DNA of 64,000 bases from an uncultured Candidatus Saccharibacteria bacterium (lineage in GTDB: Bacteria; Patescibacteriota; Minisyncoccia; Phycocordibacterales; UBA918), in contig CAZTWW010000001.1 of NCBI GenBank assembly GCA_964618165.1, positions 499 to 64,498 on the forward strand. The letters are read 5' to 3'. The notes beneath the pieces were generated by a model. The model had not been told where the DNA came from and ran no database searches. It worked only from the letters and a program-made list of their open reading frames with translations. Below, piece after piece: positions 10,416 through 19,687 of the stretch. The stretch's first letter is position 1, and every line of letters starts with the position of its first letter. Position numbers and translations under genes: made by a program.

Positions 10416-11903
10416 ATGATTACGTTACTTATGCGACATGTACTTGTGTTATTGCTGTTCGTTCTTGGTGGACTGACACTGACTTCGGTCGTATTTGCAC
10501 AATCTGATGACACGCGTGCACCAGAAATTACGGGAGTGACCATCGCCTCAACCACCGAGACTTCAGTGACGATCACCTGGAAAACCAACGAAAACGCTGA
10601 TTCAGCAGTCAATTACAGCCTTGACCCAAATCTCGGCGTGGTACGTGTGCCAGTGGCAAATCGTACGACCCATTCCGTCACATTGGATAACCTCGAGCCG
10701 GGAAGGACGTACTACTTCCGTGTCGTCTCAGCTGATGCCGAGGGTAACCAAGGAATCTCAGCAGATTATAAAATTGATCTTGAAAGTGAAGCGACGAGCG
10801 AAAATAGTGGGGAAGGTACTGGTGTCGGACCAGGTGAGGTGCCACAAACACCCCAAGAAATCATTGAGCAAATTCAAGAAATTAATAATCCGCAACAACT
10901 TCAAGAGATTCTTAATGAGACCGTAAAGGCGATTCAGGGTATTACTGAGGATTTGACCATTGTCGGTCCGCCAACCGTTGTGCCGGAGACAACCTCAGCC
11001 CTGGTCTCATGGAGTACTGACCGACCAGCTAGTTCAGAGGTGCGATTCTCTAAAACTAATGGTTTTGATGGTACTAATTATGAATTTTCTCAATCATCCA
11101 CCGACGGTTCAGTTACTGACCACGAAATTCGTCTCATCGGCCTTGAGCCATTTACTGAGTATAGTTTTCAGGTACGTTCAACAGATGAGTATCAGATAAC
11201 TGGTGAAAGTCGTAACTTTACCTTCCGCACTAAAGCATCGCTTCCTGACATTCGAAATCTCCGTATCGTGAAGGTGGAGGAAAACGCAGCGACACTTGCC
11301 TGGGAAACGACGGTACCAGCCAAAGCGCTCATCGAATATCAGGATCTGACCACTGGTGGTCAAAACTCAGTCGGCCGCCCAACGCTCGCTACAACACACC
11401 AAATGCGCCTCTCAGACCTGACGCTAGGAACACGCTATGTTGCGTTTGTAATTGCTGAAAACTCTGGCGGGGACCGTGTTCGGAGTCAGCCGGTTCAATT
11501 CATTACGGTCCGTGATAATGCACCGCCACTTATCTCAAACGTGACAAACGAATCAACTATTTTCCCTGGTGGTGAATCGCGTATTCAGACAATTGTTGAG
11601 TGGAATACCGACGAACCAGCATCTTGTACGATGACCTATCGTGAAGGTGTAGCTGGTGGTGTTGATCCGGTTGTGCTTGAGAAAGAGGTGGTTGAGTACA
11701 ACACGAATCATGTTGAGGTAATTATCGACTTTGCTCCCGCGACTGTATACCAGTTTTGGCTTAATTGTACTGATGAAGCCGGCAATACTGTCCAGTCTGA
11801 GAACTTCGTACTCTTTACCCCAATTCAAGAAAAAAACATTATCGACTTGATCTTGGAGAACTTTGAGTCGACGTTTGGTTGGGTTAAAAACATCACAAAC
11901 TAG
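10416..11903 (+). CDS. Secreted protein with four fibronectin type III-like repeats (495 aa)
   Basis: N-terminal signal peptide LLLFVLGGLTLTSVVFA. Repeated units of the form 'P.I..V.....T.T.A.I.W.T...A.S.V.Y......Y.......H.V.L..L.P.T.Y.FRV.S.D..GN'. An acidic Q/E-rich linker lies between repeats 2 and 3. Confidence 0.8.
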   Translation: MITLLMRHVLVLLLFVLGGLTLTSVVFAQSDDTRAPEITGVTIASTTETSVTITWKTNENADSAVNYSLDPNLGVVRVPVANRTTHSVTLDNLEPGRTYYFRVVSADAEGNQGISADYKIDLESEATSENSGEGTGVGPGEVPQTPQEIIEQIQEINNPQQLQEILNETVKAIQGITEDLTIVGPPTVVPETTSALVSWSTDRPASSEVRFSKTNGFDGTNYEFSQSSTDGSVTDHEIRLIGLEPFTEYSFQVRSTDEYQITGESRNFTFRTKASLPDIRNLRIVKVEENAATLAWETTVPAKALIEYQDLTTGGQNSVGRPTLATTHQMRLSDLTLGTRYVAFVIAENSGGDRVRSQPVQFITVRDNAPPLISNVTNESTIFPGGESRIQTIVEWNTDEPASCTMTYREGVAGGVDPVVLEKEVVEYNTNHVEVIIDFAPATVYQFWLNCTDEAGNTVQSENFVLFTPIQEKNIIDLILENFESTFGWVKNITN

Positions 11904-11922
11904 AACTATTTCACTGACACAT

Positions 11923-11959
11923 TTCTTTGTTGTGCTTTAAAAATTTTGTTCACCGTACA
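11923..11959 (+). repeat. Conserved post-gene element TTCTTTGTTGT-N-GTTCACCGTACA (copy 1)
   Basis: An element of about 38 nt lies 20 nt after the stop of the Fn3 gene. A near-identical copy is at 18764-18802, after the dockerin gene. Confidence 0.6.
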
Positions 11960-12116
11960 ACATGTACGACTTACAAAATTTTTCTTGCATGCCTCGAACT
12001 GCATCCAGTGTAAAAGTTCTAGATGGTAGTTGTCAAAGGTGTAAACACAAGCATGGCGTAGTTTTGTATGTGGACTACACTCCAAAGTATTCACGAAGTA
12101 ATGCCATAATACAGAC

Positions 12117-13439
12117 ATGGCAAAGCCTCTCATTGTGTGCCGTGATTTGTCGATTATTTATAATAAAGGCAAATCCAATGAATTTCGTGCGCTCCAAAAC
12201 GTAAACACCGACATCTATGAAGGTGAGTATATTATTCTGTTTGGTGCATCTGGGTCGGGCAAGTCAACACTCATGTATTCGATTCAAGGATCACTCCCGC
12301 CGGGCGAGGGGACGCTCCTTATTCGTGGTGACGATATTTACTCGTATCCACCGAGTGAACGAGTGTACTTCCAGCGGTACGTGATGGGTATTATCTTCCA
12401 ATCCTTTAACCTGATTGGCTCACTCTCGGTGCTCGATAATGTCGCGCTCCCGATGATTTTTTGTAATGCTGACAAACAAACGCGCGATCGTCGCGCACAG
12501 TCACTCCTTGATCGCTTCGGCGTGGGGCATGTCTCTCATAAGATCCCAGCGATGCTCTCCGGTGGCCAGCAACAGCGTGTCTCGGTAGCACGCTCTATGG
12601 TGAATGATCCGAAGATTCTTCTTGCAGACGAGCCAACCGGTAACCTTGACTCCGTTTCTACCCAGCAGGTGATGGACAAAATTGACGAAATTAACACGTT
12701 CGATAGACGGACTATTATTATGGTATCGCACAACGCGGCTCATTTGTCATACGCACATCGCGTATATTACCTCAAAGATGGGGCGGTCGTGCGTGAAGTG
12801 GTGAATCCGCAACGCAAGCAGATTAAACCAGTCCGTGAAGGTGAGACCATTGTAACCGAGTTAGAGCAGCTCGCGCGCCTGTTTCCGTACGACTCAGTTG
12901 ATACGCTGCGTATCAAGAGTATGGTGAATTACTTAACTCAAGATTATACCTTTGACCAAATTCAGCGCCTTGAGCGTGCCATTGGCTTCTTTATCAAGGG
13001 TAAGATTGACCGTGATGCATTTATAAACGCGCTCGTCCTTCCGCTCGAGCGCGGGGGAGTAGAAATAGACGAAAATACCGCGCGTGAGATGGCGAAGCGC
13101 ACTGAGCGCATGATTCTCCAGTCTGATGACATCAGACGTTTTCGAGCAAAAAAAGACAATGACGGGGTCTTCTTTAGTCAGCATAAGCTCGCTGAGCGAC
13201 TTCGTGATCACCTCCTTGAGGTATATCGCCTCAAGCTCTCAAAAGAGCAAGATAATAATCTTGTAGAACTGGTTGCAGACCGTGTGACGGGTGTGACTGA
13301 TAGTGCGGAGTTTAATGTCCGACTCATGAACGGGGTTCGCAGTGGCGGCTTGGCTCTTACCGAAGGCGAAGCAGATGATATGACAAGATACTTTGAAAAG
13401 CTGATTGCCCAAGGGGTAGACGTCAGTTATAAAAATTAG
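12117..13439 (+). CDS. ABC transporter ATP-binding protein (MacB/LolD-type NBD) with a C-terminal extension of about 200 aa of unknown function
   Basis: Walker [11 protein letters not shown]-loop, ABC signature [14 protein letters not shown], Walker B LLADEPT and H-loop VSHN are all present. The ABC domain is about 230 aa of the 440 aa total. Confidence 0.9.
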   Translation: MAKPLIVCRDLSIIYNKGKSNEFRALQNVNTDIYEGEYIILFGASGSGKSTLMYSIQGSLPPGEGTLLIRGDDIYSYPPSERVYFQRYVMGIIFQSFNLIGSLSVLDNVALPMIFCNADKQTRDRRAQSLLDRFGVGHVSHKIPAMLSGGQQQRVSVARSMVNDPKILLADEPTGNLDSVSTQQVMDKIDEINTFDRRTIIMVSHNAAHLSYAHRVYYLKDGAVVREVVNPQRKQIKPVREGETIVTELEQLARLFPYDSVDTLRIKSMVNYLTQDYTFDQIQRLERAIGFFIKGKIDRDAFINALVLPLERGGVEIDENTAREMAKRTERMILQSDDIRRFRAKKDNDGVFFSQHKLAERLRDHLLEVYRLKLSKEQDNNLVELVADRVTGVTDSAEFNVRLMNGVRSGGLALTEGEADDMTRYFEKLIAQGVDVSYKN

Positions 13440-13442
13440 TGT

Positions 13443-14651
13443 ATGCGTGTCCAGGATCTTGCTCAGCTTTCAACTCGAATGTTTAAGACGAACCCGCTTC
13501 GTACCTGGCTTACTATTCTTGGTATGGGAGTCGGGACGGGTGCGGTAGTTATTCTCGTCGGGCTTGGATTCGGGCTTCAGCAGATCATTCTTGAGCAGAT
13601 TGTGTTCGGTGAGACACTCCTCTCACTTGGTGTATCAGCCACCGGCGCGCAAAATCTCCGCCTTACTACCGAGACCGTCACGCAATTTGAAGAAATGCCA
13701 GAGGTTCTCGACGCTGCTCCGCTGGCACGCTTCCCGGCCCTCGTAACCTATAAGGGGCTGACTGGTAACGTGTTTATTCAAGGAGTAGAACCACCATACC
13801 TTCGGTATGCTGGTGTTTCCGCGACTGCTGGTGAGGTATTTACCGATGTTGATGCAGCTGATACCAGCAGTGTAATGCTGTCGCCGGCGGTATTAAAGCT
13901 CTTCGGGATTGAAGACGCAGAGAGTTTTGTGGGGGAGAAGGTGTCATTTCGTATACTCATTCCGGCAAATGATGGTACCGGCAACAACAACGAGGTGATT
14001 ATCGATAAAGAGTATACCGTTCGGGGTATCACGAAGGAGGAAGGTGTCCTTAATGCCATGATGATGCTCCCTGAACTCCGTAATTATGTTGGTATTGAGG
14101 AATTTGAGCGTATTCAGGTCCGTGTCGATACGAATGAAAATCTACCGATTGTCGAGACAAAGCTTATTGAGGAAGGGTACCGCGTGACTGCGCTCTCAAA
14201 GACTGTTGAACAGGCGTCAAAGATTTTCCAGGGTATTCAAGCAGTTTTGGCGACATTTGGTGGTATTGCCTTAGTGGTGTCGGCGATTGGTATGTTTAAC
14301 ACGATGACGGTGACACTCCTTGAGCGTACCAAAGAGATCGGTATTATGCGTACTATTGGTGCTTCTCCGAACGATGTAAAGTATCTCTTCGTGTCTGAGT
14401 CGGTAGTGGTAGGCTTTTTGGGTGGGGTGAGTGGGATAGTTATGGGGGTAGGACTTGGACTCACTATCAATCTTTTTTTGAATATTGTGGCGGGGCAGTT
14501 CGGTGGGCAAGCGGTAAAGCTCTTTTCATTCCCACTTGGGTTCTTGCTCTTCATTGCCCTCTTCTCAGCGGCGGTGGGGTACTTGACCGGTATCTTCCCA
14601 GCTCGTCGGGCCGCCAAGCTCAACCCGCTTGATGCGATTCGCTACGAATAA
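13443..14651 (+). CDS. ABC transporter permease, FtsX/MacB-like (402 aa)
   Basis: Starts 4 nt after the ATPase stop. It has an N-terminal TM helix, an extracytoplasmic domain of about 230 aa and three C-terminal TM helices, which is the FtsX/MacB topology. Confidence 0.8.
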   Translation: MRVQDLAQLSTRMFKTNPLRTWLTILGMGVGTGAVVILVGLGFGLQQIILEQIVFGETLLSLGVSATGAQNLRLTTETVTQFEEMPEVLDAAPLARFPALVTYKGLTGNVFIQGVEPPYLRYAGVSATAGEVFTDVDAADTSSVMLSPAVLKLFGIEDAESFVGEKVSFRILIPANDGTGNNNEVIIDKEYTVRGITKEEGVLNAMMMLPELRNYVGIEEFERIQVRVDTNENLPIVETKLIEEGYRVTALSKTVEQASKIFQGIQAVLATFGGIALVVSAIGMFNTMTVTLLERTKEIGIMRTIGASPNDVKYLFVSESVVVGFLGGVSGIVMGVGLGLTINLFLNIVAGQFGGQAVKLFSFPLGFLLFIALFSAAVGYLTGIFPARRAAKLNPLDAIRYE

Positions 14652-14710
14652 GTCTGTGCATAACTAGTGCATAACTGTCGTACCCTCCTATAAAATAAAG
14701 AGGTAAACGT

Positions 14711-16585
14711 ATGTTGTACAACAAAAATAATCTACCGCGGTATGTAGAGACCGCCGGTAAAATCACCATTTTATCAGCCTTAACTGGAGTATTGATTTTC
14801 ACCTTCATCTTTATTCTTAACATCGGTAAAACCGAGCTCCAGAAAGCCGAAGCGACATCAACCGCGACGACTACTCTCACTGTTCTTAACACGCCCCCAC
14901 AGTGGGAGATTGGTGAAGAAGGTCGTGAAGAGTTTGGTTCTTCCACGACCACACCAACTAACTCAGGTGATGTTGTCTCTTGGATTGGTCGAGCCACTGA
15001 CTCAAACGGCGCACCTTACTTCCTTATCATTTGTAGTAATAGTGCGACACCAACAGCTCAGCAGTCCACGACAACACTCGGAACCGCAGCGCCGATTTGT
15101 TCTGGCGGCGGTATCCGCTGGGCCGTTTCAACTTCTACCGTGAGTGGTGCACAGGCGCGTGCTGCTACAACCACGTTTGAAGGTGGTAACTTCCAGGAAT
15201 CTAATACCTGGTACGCCTGGGTGTGTGACGACGATCCGGTGAGTCCAAAGTGTAGTACAACATTCTCTCAGGGAACCAACGCCACGAACTCAAGTCCTTT
15301 TAACGTAAATCGTAGACCAATCTTCACCACTTTTGGTAATAATGGACCTGTTAATCCTGGCGGTACCATTACCTTCAATGCTACGGCAACCGATCCAGAC
15401 ATTGTAGACTTTGAAGATAATATTTACCTTGTTGTCTGTAGCCTTCCTTCATACAGTACAACCACGAACTCATGTGGTGCAGGAGACTTCATTGCCTCAA
15501 GTTCTCTCGGCGCCCTTCAAAATCCTACCGCTGCAACGAGTCTCGTAGCTATCATTCAGGACACGAGTTACAACGCCTATGGTTATGTCTATGACGAGCA
15601 TGGACACGAGGCACTGCTTGGAGCCCAGGGTACCAATACACCGTTTGTAGTTAATAACGTAGCACCAACAGTTTCGGGAGGTACTATTACACTTAATGGC
15701 GGTCTTGATATTACCCTCACAACACCTGGGGCGGAAACAACTGGCTTTACGCTCGAGTTCACTATCGCTGATGCAAATAGTTGTGATGCGGTCGGTGGTG
15801 GGCCTGCGGATGAGATTATTCGTCCGGTCGTCTCGATATTTAGAAGCTCACTAGGTACAACAACCTGTAACGGAGCTTTAGCTTACGATCCGAATCGCTG
15901 TTATGTAAGTGATGTTCCTACTTCTGTCTGGAATCTCGCATGTACAGCCTCTACCACCTCGTGTACCGGAGCGACTGATGATACGATTCAATATAATTGT
16001 ACGTTCCCACTTTGGTTCCTCGCTGATCCTACTGATGCAAGTTCACCATTTTCAGCTGAAGACTGGCGTGCTGGTGTAGCTGGAGTTGATGACGACCTTT
16101 CGACCGGTACAATGGCAACGTCGACGAGCGGACGAGAGCTCTTCAGTTTTGTAGCAATTGACTTGTTAACGCAAAACATTGCCTATACTGACCTTGAGCC
16201 TGGAACTGAGATGGCTAACTTGACTTCGTCTTCAACGCTTCGTGTGCTCGGTAACACCGGTATCAACCAGCTCCTCGGCGGAGATTCAATGTGTGACACC
16301 TACAGCATCAGTAATCCATGTCCTGTTTCGGGTACGTCAACTATTCCTCAAAGTGAGCAACGCTACGCAACTACAGCAGTAGCGTACGCAGCTGGTACAC
16401 CGCTTCAGCCTACTTCTACACCAGCACTGTTTGACATCCGTATCCCAAAACCAACTTCGACTTCAAGTCCGACACAGGATGAAACGTTCTGGGGTATCCG
16501 AGTTCCAGGTTCAATTACACGCGCGGGAGTATATACAGGTCGAAACACCTTTATGGGTGCGGTATCACCATCAGGAAGCTGGTAA
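14711..16585 (+). CDS. Secreted Thr/Ser-rich surface protein (624 aa) with the shared WxL-like C-terminal domain
   Basis: SD AAGAGG precedes the ATG. N-terminal signal anchor ILSALTGVLIFTFIFIL. The C-terminus '...IPQSEQRYATTAVAYAAG...ETFWGIRVPGS...GVYTGRNTFMGAVSP' is homologous to the C-termini of the 3,412-aa, 385-aa and 2,048-aa proteins. Confidence 0.8.
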   Translation: MLYNKNNLPRYVETAGKITILSALTGVLIFTFIFILNIGKTELQKAEATSTATTTLTVLNTPPQWEIGEEGREEFGSSTTTPTNSGDVVSWIGRATDSNGAPYFLIICSNSATPTAQQSTTTLGTAAPICSGGGIRWAVSTSTVSGAQARAATTTFEGGNFQESNTWYAWVCDDDPVSPKCSTTFSQGTNATNSSPFNVNRRPIFTTFGNNGPVNPGGTITFNATATDPDIVDFEDNIYLVVCSLPSYSTTTNSCGAGDFIASSSLGALQNPTAATSLVAIIQDTSYNAYGYVYDEHGHEALLGAQGTNTPFVVNNVAPTVSGGTITLNGGLDITLTTPGAETTGFTLEFTIADANSCDAVGGGPADEIIRPVVSIFRSSLGTTTCNGALAYDPNRCYVSDVPTSVWNLACTASTTSCTGATDDTIQYNCTFPLWFLADPTDASSPFSAEDWRAGVAGVDDDLSTGTMATSTSGRELFSFVAIDLLTQNIAYTDLEPGTEMANLTSSSTLRVLGNTGINQLLGGDSMCDTYSISNPCPVSGTSTIPQSEQRYATTAVAYAAGTPLQPTSTPALFDIRIPKPTSTSSPTQDETFWGIRVPGSITRAGVYTGRNTFMGAVSPSGSW

Positions 16586-16605
16586 AGGTATCGAGACATA
16601 GTTTC

Positions 16606-16648
16606 TGCAATGACCACCGTTATCCAAACGGTGGTCATTGCTTTTTAT
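16606..16648 (+). terminator. Intrinsic terminator after the 624-aa gene
   Basis: Hairpin GCAATGACCACCGT-tatccaa-ACGGTGGTCATTGC followed by TTTTTAT. Confidence 0.7.
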
Positions 16649-16677
16649 CAATAAGTTTTCGATAATAGAGGGACTGC

Positions 16678-17631
16678 ATGAAGGGAATTCTTCAAACGTC
16701 GCTACTACGTTCTTTGTGTTTGGTTGTTTTGTCGACAGTGGTCTTTTGGCCTGCCACAACTTTTGCCAGCTTTGGTATTACGCCTCCTTATGTACGCAAT
16801 ACGAGCCTGACCCGCAACTCTACCTACGAGCAGCAAATTCTTTTAGTACGGGGGAATCCTAACGAAGACCTGCGCGCAGAAATTACTATTGATGCACCAG
16901 AGATTCAGGACTGGATTGAGGTGGTAGAAGGAAACAATATCTCACTCCCTCGTGGTGAACAGAAGGTGCCAATGACCGTTCGTATTAAGGTCCCGGCAGA
17001 CGCAGACTTTGCAGACTACATGGGTAAGATCCGTATCCGTACGCTTCCAACTGATGAGGCTGCGGCTGAGGGTGTGGTGAGTATTAGTCTTGGTGCGCAG
17101 GTTGATATTGATCTATCAGTTATCGATAAGGTAATCGAAGATTTTCGAGTTCGAAAAATTACTATTAACGATCTCAATGAAGGTCGTAAGCTCGGCTGGC
17201 TCTATTTCCCGGGTAAGATTAATTTCGGCATGCTGATTGAGAATACCGGTAATGTTGACATCGCGCCGTCTAAGGTTGAGTTCCGCATCTATGACCGAGC
17301 TGGAGCCGTTCTCCTTGAGACCACCGAGCATACCGGCCGCATCAAAAAGATTGCTCCGTATGCGATTGAAGAGGTGACTGCTAATCTGCCCACTCGTCTT
17401 CCGGCCGGTAGTTACATTGCTCGTTACTCAATCTTTAATGGAGATGAGGTTAAGCAGGAAGGTGAGCTTAATTTGAGTATTCTTCCATACGGTACACTCC
17501 AGACTGCCGGGTACGGCTTCATGGGGCTCTCAATTGCGCATAAAGTATCTATCCTATTACCAATCTTTGCGCTTCTCATAACTATTCTGTACATTATCCA
17601 TAATCGACGCAGTCGTAAGACGCGAGCGTAG
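16678..17631 (+). CDS. DUF916-like cell-surface protein (317 aa) with N-terminal signal peptide and C-terminal TM anchor plus basic tail (paralog 1)
   Basis: SD GAGGGA precedes the ATG. Signal peptide LCLVVLSTVVFWPATTFA. The C-terminal TM helix ILLPIFALLITILYII is followed by HNRRSRKTRA. It is paralogous to the ORFs at 32972 and 33933. The architecture matches DUF916/WxL-interacting proteins. Confidence 0.7.
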   Translation: MKGILQTSLLRSLCLVVLSTVVFWPATTFASFGITPPYVRNTSLTRNSTYEQQILLVRGNPNEDLRAEITIDAPEIQDWIEVVEGNNISLPRGEQKVPMTVRIKVPADADFADYMGKIRIRTLPTDEAAAEGVVSISLGAQVDIDLSVIDKVIEDFRVRKITINDLNEGRKLGWLYFPGKINFGMLIENTGNVDIAPSKVEFRIYDRAGAVLLETTEHTGRIKKIAPYAIEEVTANLPTRLPAGSYIARYSIFNGDEVKQEGELNLSILPYGTLQTAGYGFMGLSIAHKVSILLPIFALLITILYIIHNRRSRKTRA

Positions 17632-17635
17632 ACAT

Positions 17636-18742
17636 ATGCTCAGTCGCTTATTCTTCATTGGTATCGTACTCTTGGTGCCACCATTCACTGTATTTGGTCA
17701 GGAGATCTACACTGCCACTACTACTATTAATCTCAGTATCTGTGGTAATAACGTGGTTGATACTGGTGAACAGTGTGATGTGCCGGGTGAGACCGGTCTA
17801 TACAGTACGACTATTGCTGGGCGACAGTGTAACGCACGGTGTGATTATGGTCCGTATTGTGGTGACGGGATTCTCCAGACTACATTTGGCGAAGAGTGTG
17901 ATGACGCGAATAATGACAGTGGTGACTTTTGTTCGGCTACCTGTACGATAGAGCCTGCTGGTTCTGGTGGAGGCGGTAGTTCTGGCGGTGGATCGGGTGG
18001 TGGTGGTTCAACCCGTGACTTAGGGGACACCTCAATTAGCGTGACCGGTCTTGGGTATCCAAATCAGCAGATCAATTTTCTCCTTGATACGAGAGCGGTA
18101 GGTTCCGTGCGGGCAAATAGCACTGGTCGTTTTGAATTTTCGACTAAAGCTTCTCCTGGTACCGCAACACTCGGTGTCTGGGCAAATGACTCAACTGGTG
18201 TTCGTTCAATTACGCTCAATAACACCTTTGATGTGACACAAGGTGCAGTGACTAATGTTAATGGACTTTTATTGCCGCCAACGTTGACACTCTCAAACAA
18301 TAAAGTTAGCCCTGGCAGTACGGTGACGATTAGTGGTCAAGCCGTTCCAAGTGCTCAGATTGAAATCCAGGTAGGAAACAGTAGTCTTCGCACGGAACGG
18401 ACGACGAGTGACGCAACGGGTCGCTATACGTTCCAGTTAAATACCTCCACGCTCCGTAATGCCGAGTATCCGATAAAAGCGCGATCAATCACTGGTACCG
18501 CGCCACTCCTCACGCAAAGTGGATATAGCTCGATTGCACAGCTATTTGTTGGTGTTGATGGTGCGCCGAGTTCACCGTCTGACTTGAGTCGAGACGGTAA
18601 GGTAAATCTCACCGACTTTTCGATTCTGATTTTCTGGTGGCAATCGGCCGGAGGTGATTCAAATCCGCCAGCTGATATCAATGGTAACGGTCGGGTGGGG
18701 TTGGAGGATTTTTCTATTCTCCTCTTCAACTGGACCGGCTAG
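17636..18742 (+). CDS. Secreted protein with Myxococcus-type Cys-rich repeats (DUF4215-like), Gly/Ser linker, Ig-like region and C-terminal dockerin-like domain (368 aa)
   Basis: Signal peptide. Cys-rich repeats CGNNVVDTGEQCD... and CGDGILQTTFGEECDDANNDSGDFCSATCTIE. Linker GSGGGGSSGGGSGGGGS. Two C-terminal dockerin repeats, DLSRDGKVNLTDFSILIF and DINGNGRVGLEDFSILLF. Confidence 0.75.
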   Translation: MLSRLFFIGIVLLVPPFTVFGQEIYTATTTINLSICGNNVVDTGEQCDVPGETGLYSTTIAGRQCNARCDYGPYCGDGILQTTFGEECDDANNDSGDFCSATCTIEPAGSGGGGSSGGGSGGGGSTRDLGDTSISVTGLGYPNQQINFLLDTRAVGSVRANSTGRFEFSTKASPGTATLGVWANDSTGVRSITLNNTFDVTQGAVTNVNGLLLPPTLTLSNNKVSPGSTVTISGQAVPSAQIEIQVGNSSLRTERTTSDATGRYTFQLNTSTLRNAEYPIKARSITGTAPLLTQSGYSSIAQLFVGVDGAPSSPSDLSRDGKVNLTDFSILIFWWQSAGGDSNPPADINGNGRVGLEDFSILLFNWTG

Positions 18743-18763
18743 AGTCTATTAATTACCTCCATC

Positions 18764-18802
18764 TTCTTTGTTGTACTTCGGTAAATTGTCGTTCACCGTA
18801 CA
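18764..18802 (+). repeat. Conserved post-gene element TTCTTTGTTGT-N-GTTCACCGTACA (copy 2)
   Basis: Lies 22 nt after the stop of the dockerin gene. It aligns with 11923-11959. Confidence 0.6.
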
Positions 18803-19647
18803 GGAAGTACGCCTCACAACAATTTCCTCGTACGCCTCGAATCTGGGGCCACTTACTTGACTCTAAGTGTTACAATGGCGAATTTTCGCGAGTGAGGCCT
18901 ATTCCTAATGGCCTCGTCCGCGTCTCTGCCTTACCTCGCACTCTACCAGTAGGGACTATTGCGAATTCTCGCGAGTAATGCGACCCCCAAGGGAGTATTA
19001 TCCTCGTACTACCACTTTGTTTCTTAGATTACTATCTGTCCGCCTCGAATACAGGGGTATTTAGTGGAGTCTAAACTCGTGACTTAACTTTTGATAGGTT
19101 CGCTATCTTTTGTAACATCGACAGCGAAAGGCGTAGTAGTGACGGAAGGAGAGTGTCACTAGTAATCACCGACGTCATTTTTGTGAGGGGTGGTGATAAT
19201 GGCCGAAGCAGAAGTCTAATACTCCATAATTTCTCATAAAATGCTTTTCAAGTTGTGTCGCTCTAGTACAAATGACGGGATTGAAACGCTGTTACTGGTC
19301 ACGAATGGTCGACACTTTCTATTTCCTAAAATGAGAAAAAATTTCATAATCTAACCTTTCTACTGGCAAAATATATGCACTGCGTAAATCCTCACTATTC
19401 TCTCGTGTAGTTAAAAATATTTTTGTGTATAAGTTTCCGTTTCGTAACCTCTATCAAGCTAGAATGAATAAGTACTAATGTTGGAGGTATCTCTTTAATG
19501 ATACTGCTAGCTCCCACCACGGAATGCTAGGGCACAACAGCCAGTGTTACGGCATTAGTATGCCTGTCACTCACTATGGGGAAGTGGGGTGGAGACCACA
19601 CCTCTGAGCGATGCAGGGTCGCGCTGTGCGTTGTTGTACTCAATTAT

Positions 19648-19675
19648 TTGATATACAACAGTGCCAGGCTAATAC
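19648..19675 (+). promoter_or_regulatory. Candidate sigma70-type promoter for the 385-aa gene
   Basis: TTGATA, 16-nt spacer, TAATAC, then 12 nt to the ATG at 19688. Confidence 0.35.
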
Positions 19676-19687
19676 AACGTAGAGAAC

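Larger units (their letters stand above)
18743..19687. other. 945-bp non-coding region with internal direct and inverted repeats
   Basis: There is no ORF longer than 60 aa here. Direct repeats GCGAATT(T/C)TCGCGAGT lie at 18878 and 18961. A hairpin GAGGCC..GGCCTC is present. The right half is AT-rich. The region contains a candidate promoter for the next gene. Confidence 0.6.

Noticed and set aside
11906-12133. 75-aa minus-strand ORF in the spacer between the Fn3 gene and the ABC ATPase
   Set aside because: It overlaps the ABC ATPase start, has a Cys/His/Phe-rich composition and no RBS. The region is better explained as the promoter/leader of the ABC operon plus the conserved post-gene element.
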